Positions 63,947 to 64,000 of a DNA stretch of 64,000 bases are shown piece after piece (the first letter of the stretch is position 1; each line of letters starts with the position of its first letter). Source of the DNA: Chrysomallon squamiferum (Eukaryota; Animalia; Mollusca); assembly GCA_012295275.1 (NCBI GenBank), contig CM022678.1, positions 2,170,001 through 2,234,000 of the forward strand, in the 5' to 3' direction. The notes beneath the pieces were generated by a model. That model was not told the DNA's origin and did no database searches. It saw only the letters and a program-made list of their open reading frames with translations. A program made the translations under genes and the position numbers.

Positions 63947-64000
63947 TGCCCCGAGTGAGGATCGAACTCACGACCTTCAGATATCTCTGTTTTACTTTGT
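63947..64000 (-). tRNA. Probable fifth tRNA-Met(CAT) with intron, cut off by the window edge (3' exon and most of intron visible)
   Basis: 3' exon identical to the 61755 and 62253 copies, plus intron part ...acaaagtaaaacagagat. The anticodon lies outside the window. Confidence 0.85.

Noticed and set aside
60849-64000. tRNA copies as initiator tRNA or as tRNA-derived SINE heads
   Set aside because: G1-C72 and a GTTCGA T-loop indicate elongator Met. Similarity essentially stops at the tRNA ends, with T-run terminators and no shared SINE body or tail.

Overview
AT-rich, microsatellite-dense genomic DNA from an invertebrate animal (GT-AG spliceosomal genes; mollusc-like by general style, which is inference only). 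Six spliced protein-coding genes were reconstructed by hand from splice sites and exon phase. They are: the 5' part of diacylglycerol kinase theta (minus strand, three C1 domains, runs off the left edge), a long GTSF1/Asterix-family gene (plus, 11 coding exons, ~519 aa), GOSR2/membrin (minus), FKBP11 (minus), a shorter second GTSF1 paralog (plus, ~217 aa), and the first coding exon of a PMP22/EMP/claudin-family gene. The right end holds at least five elongator tRNA-Met(CAT) genes, all with a canonical 37/38 intron. Main findings: (1) a GTSF1 protein extended by GRG motifs, a long disordered region and a C-terminal PYM/eIF2A-like coiled coil; (2) a paralog that appears truncated just before that extension; (3) intron-containing tRNA-Met genes, unusual for animals; (4) tandem duplications repeatedly centred on real splice junctions. 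Nearly all long ORFs in the supplied track are artefacts of mini- and microsatellites.
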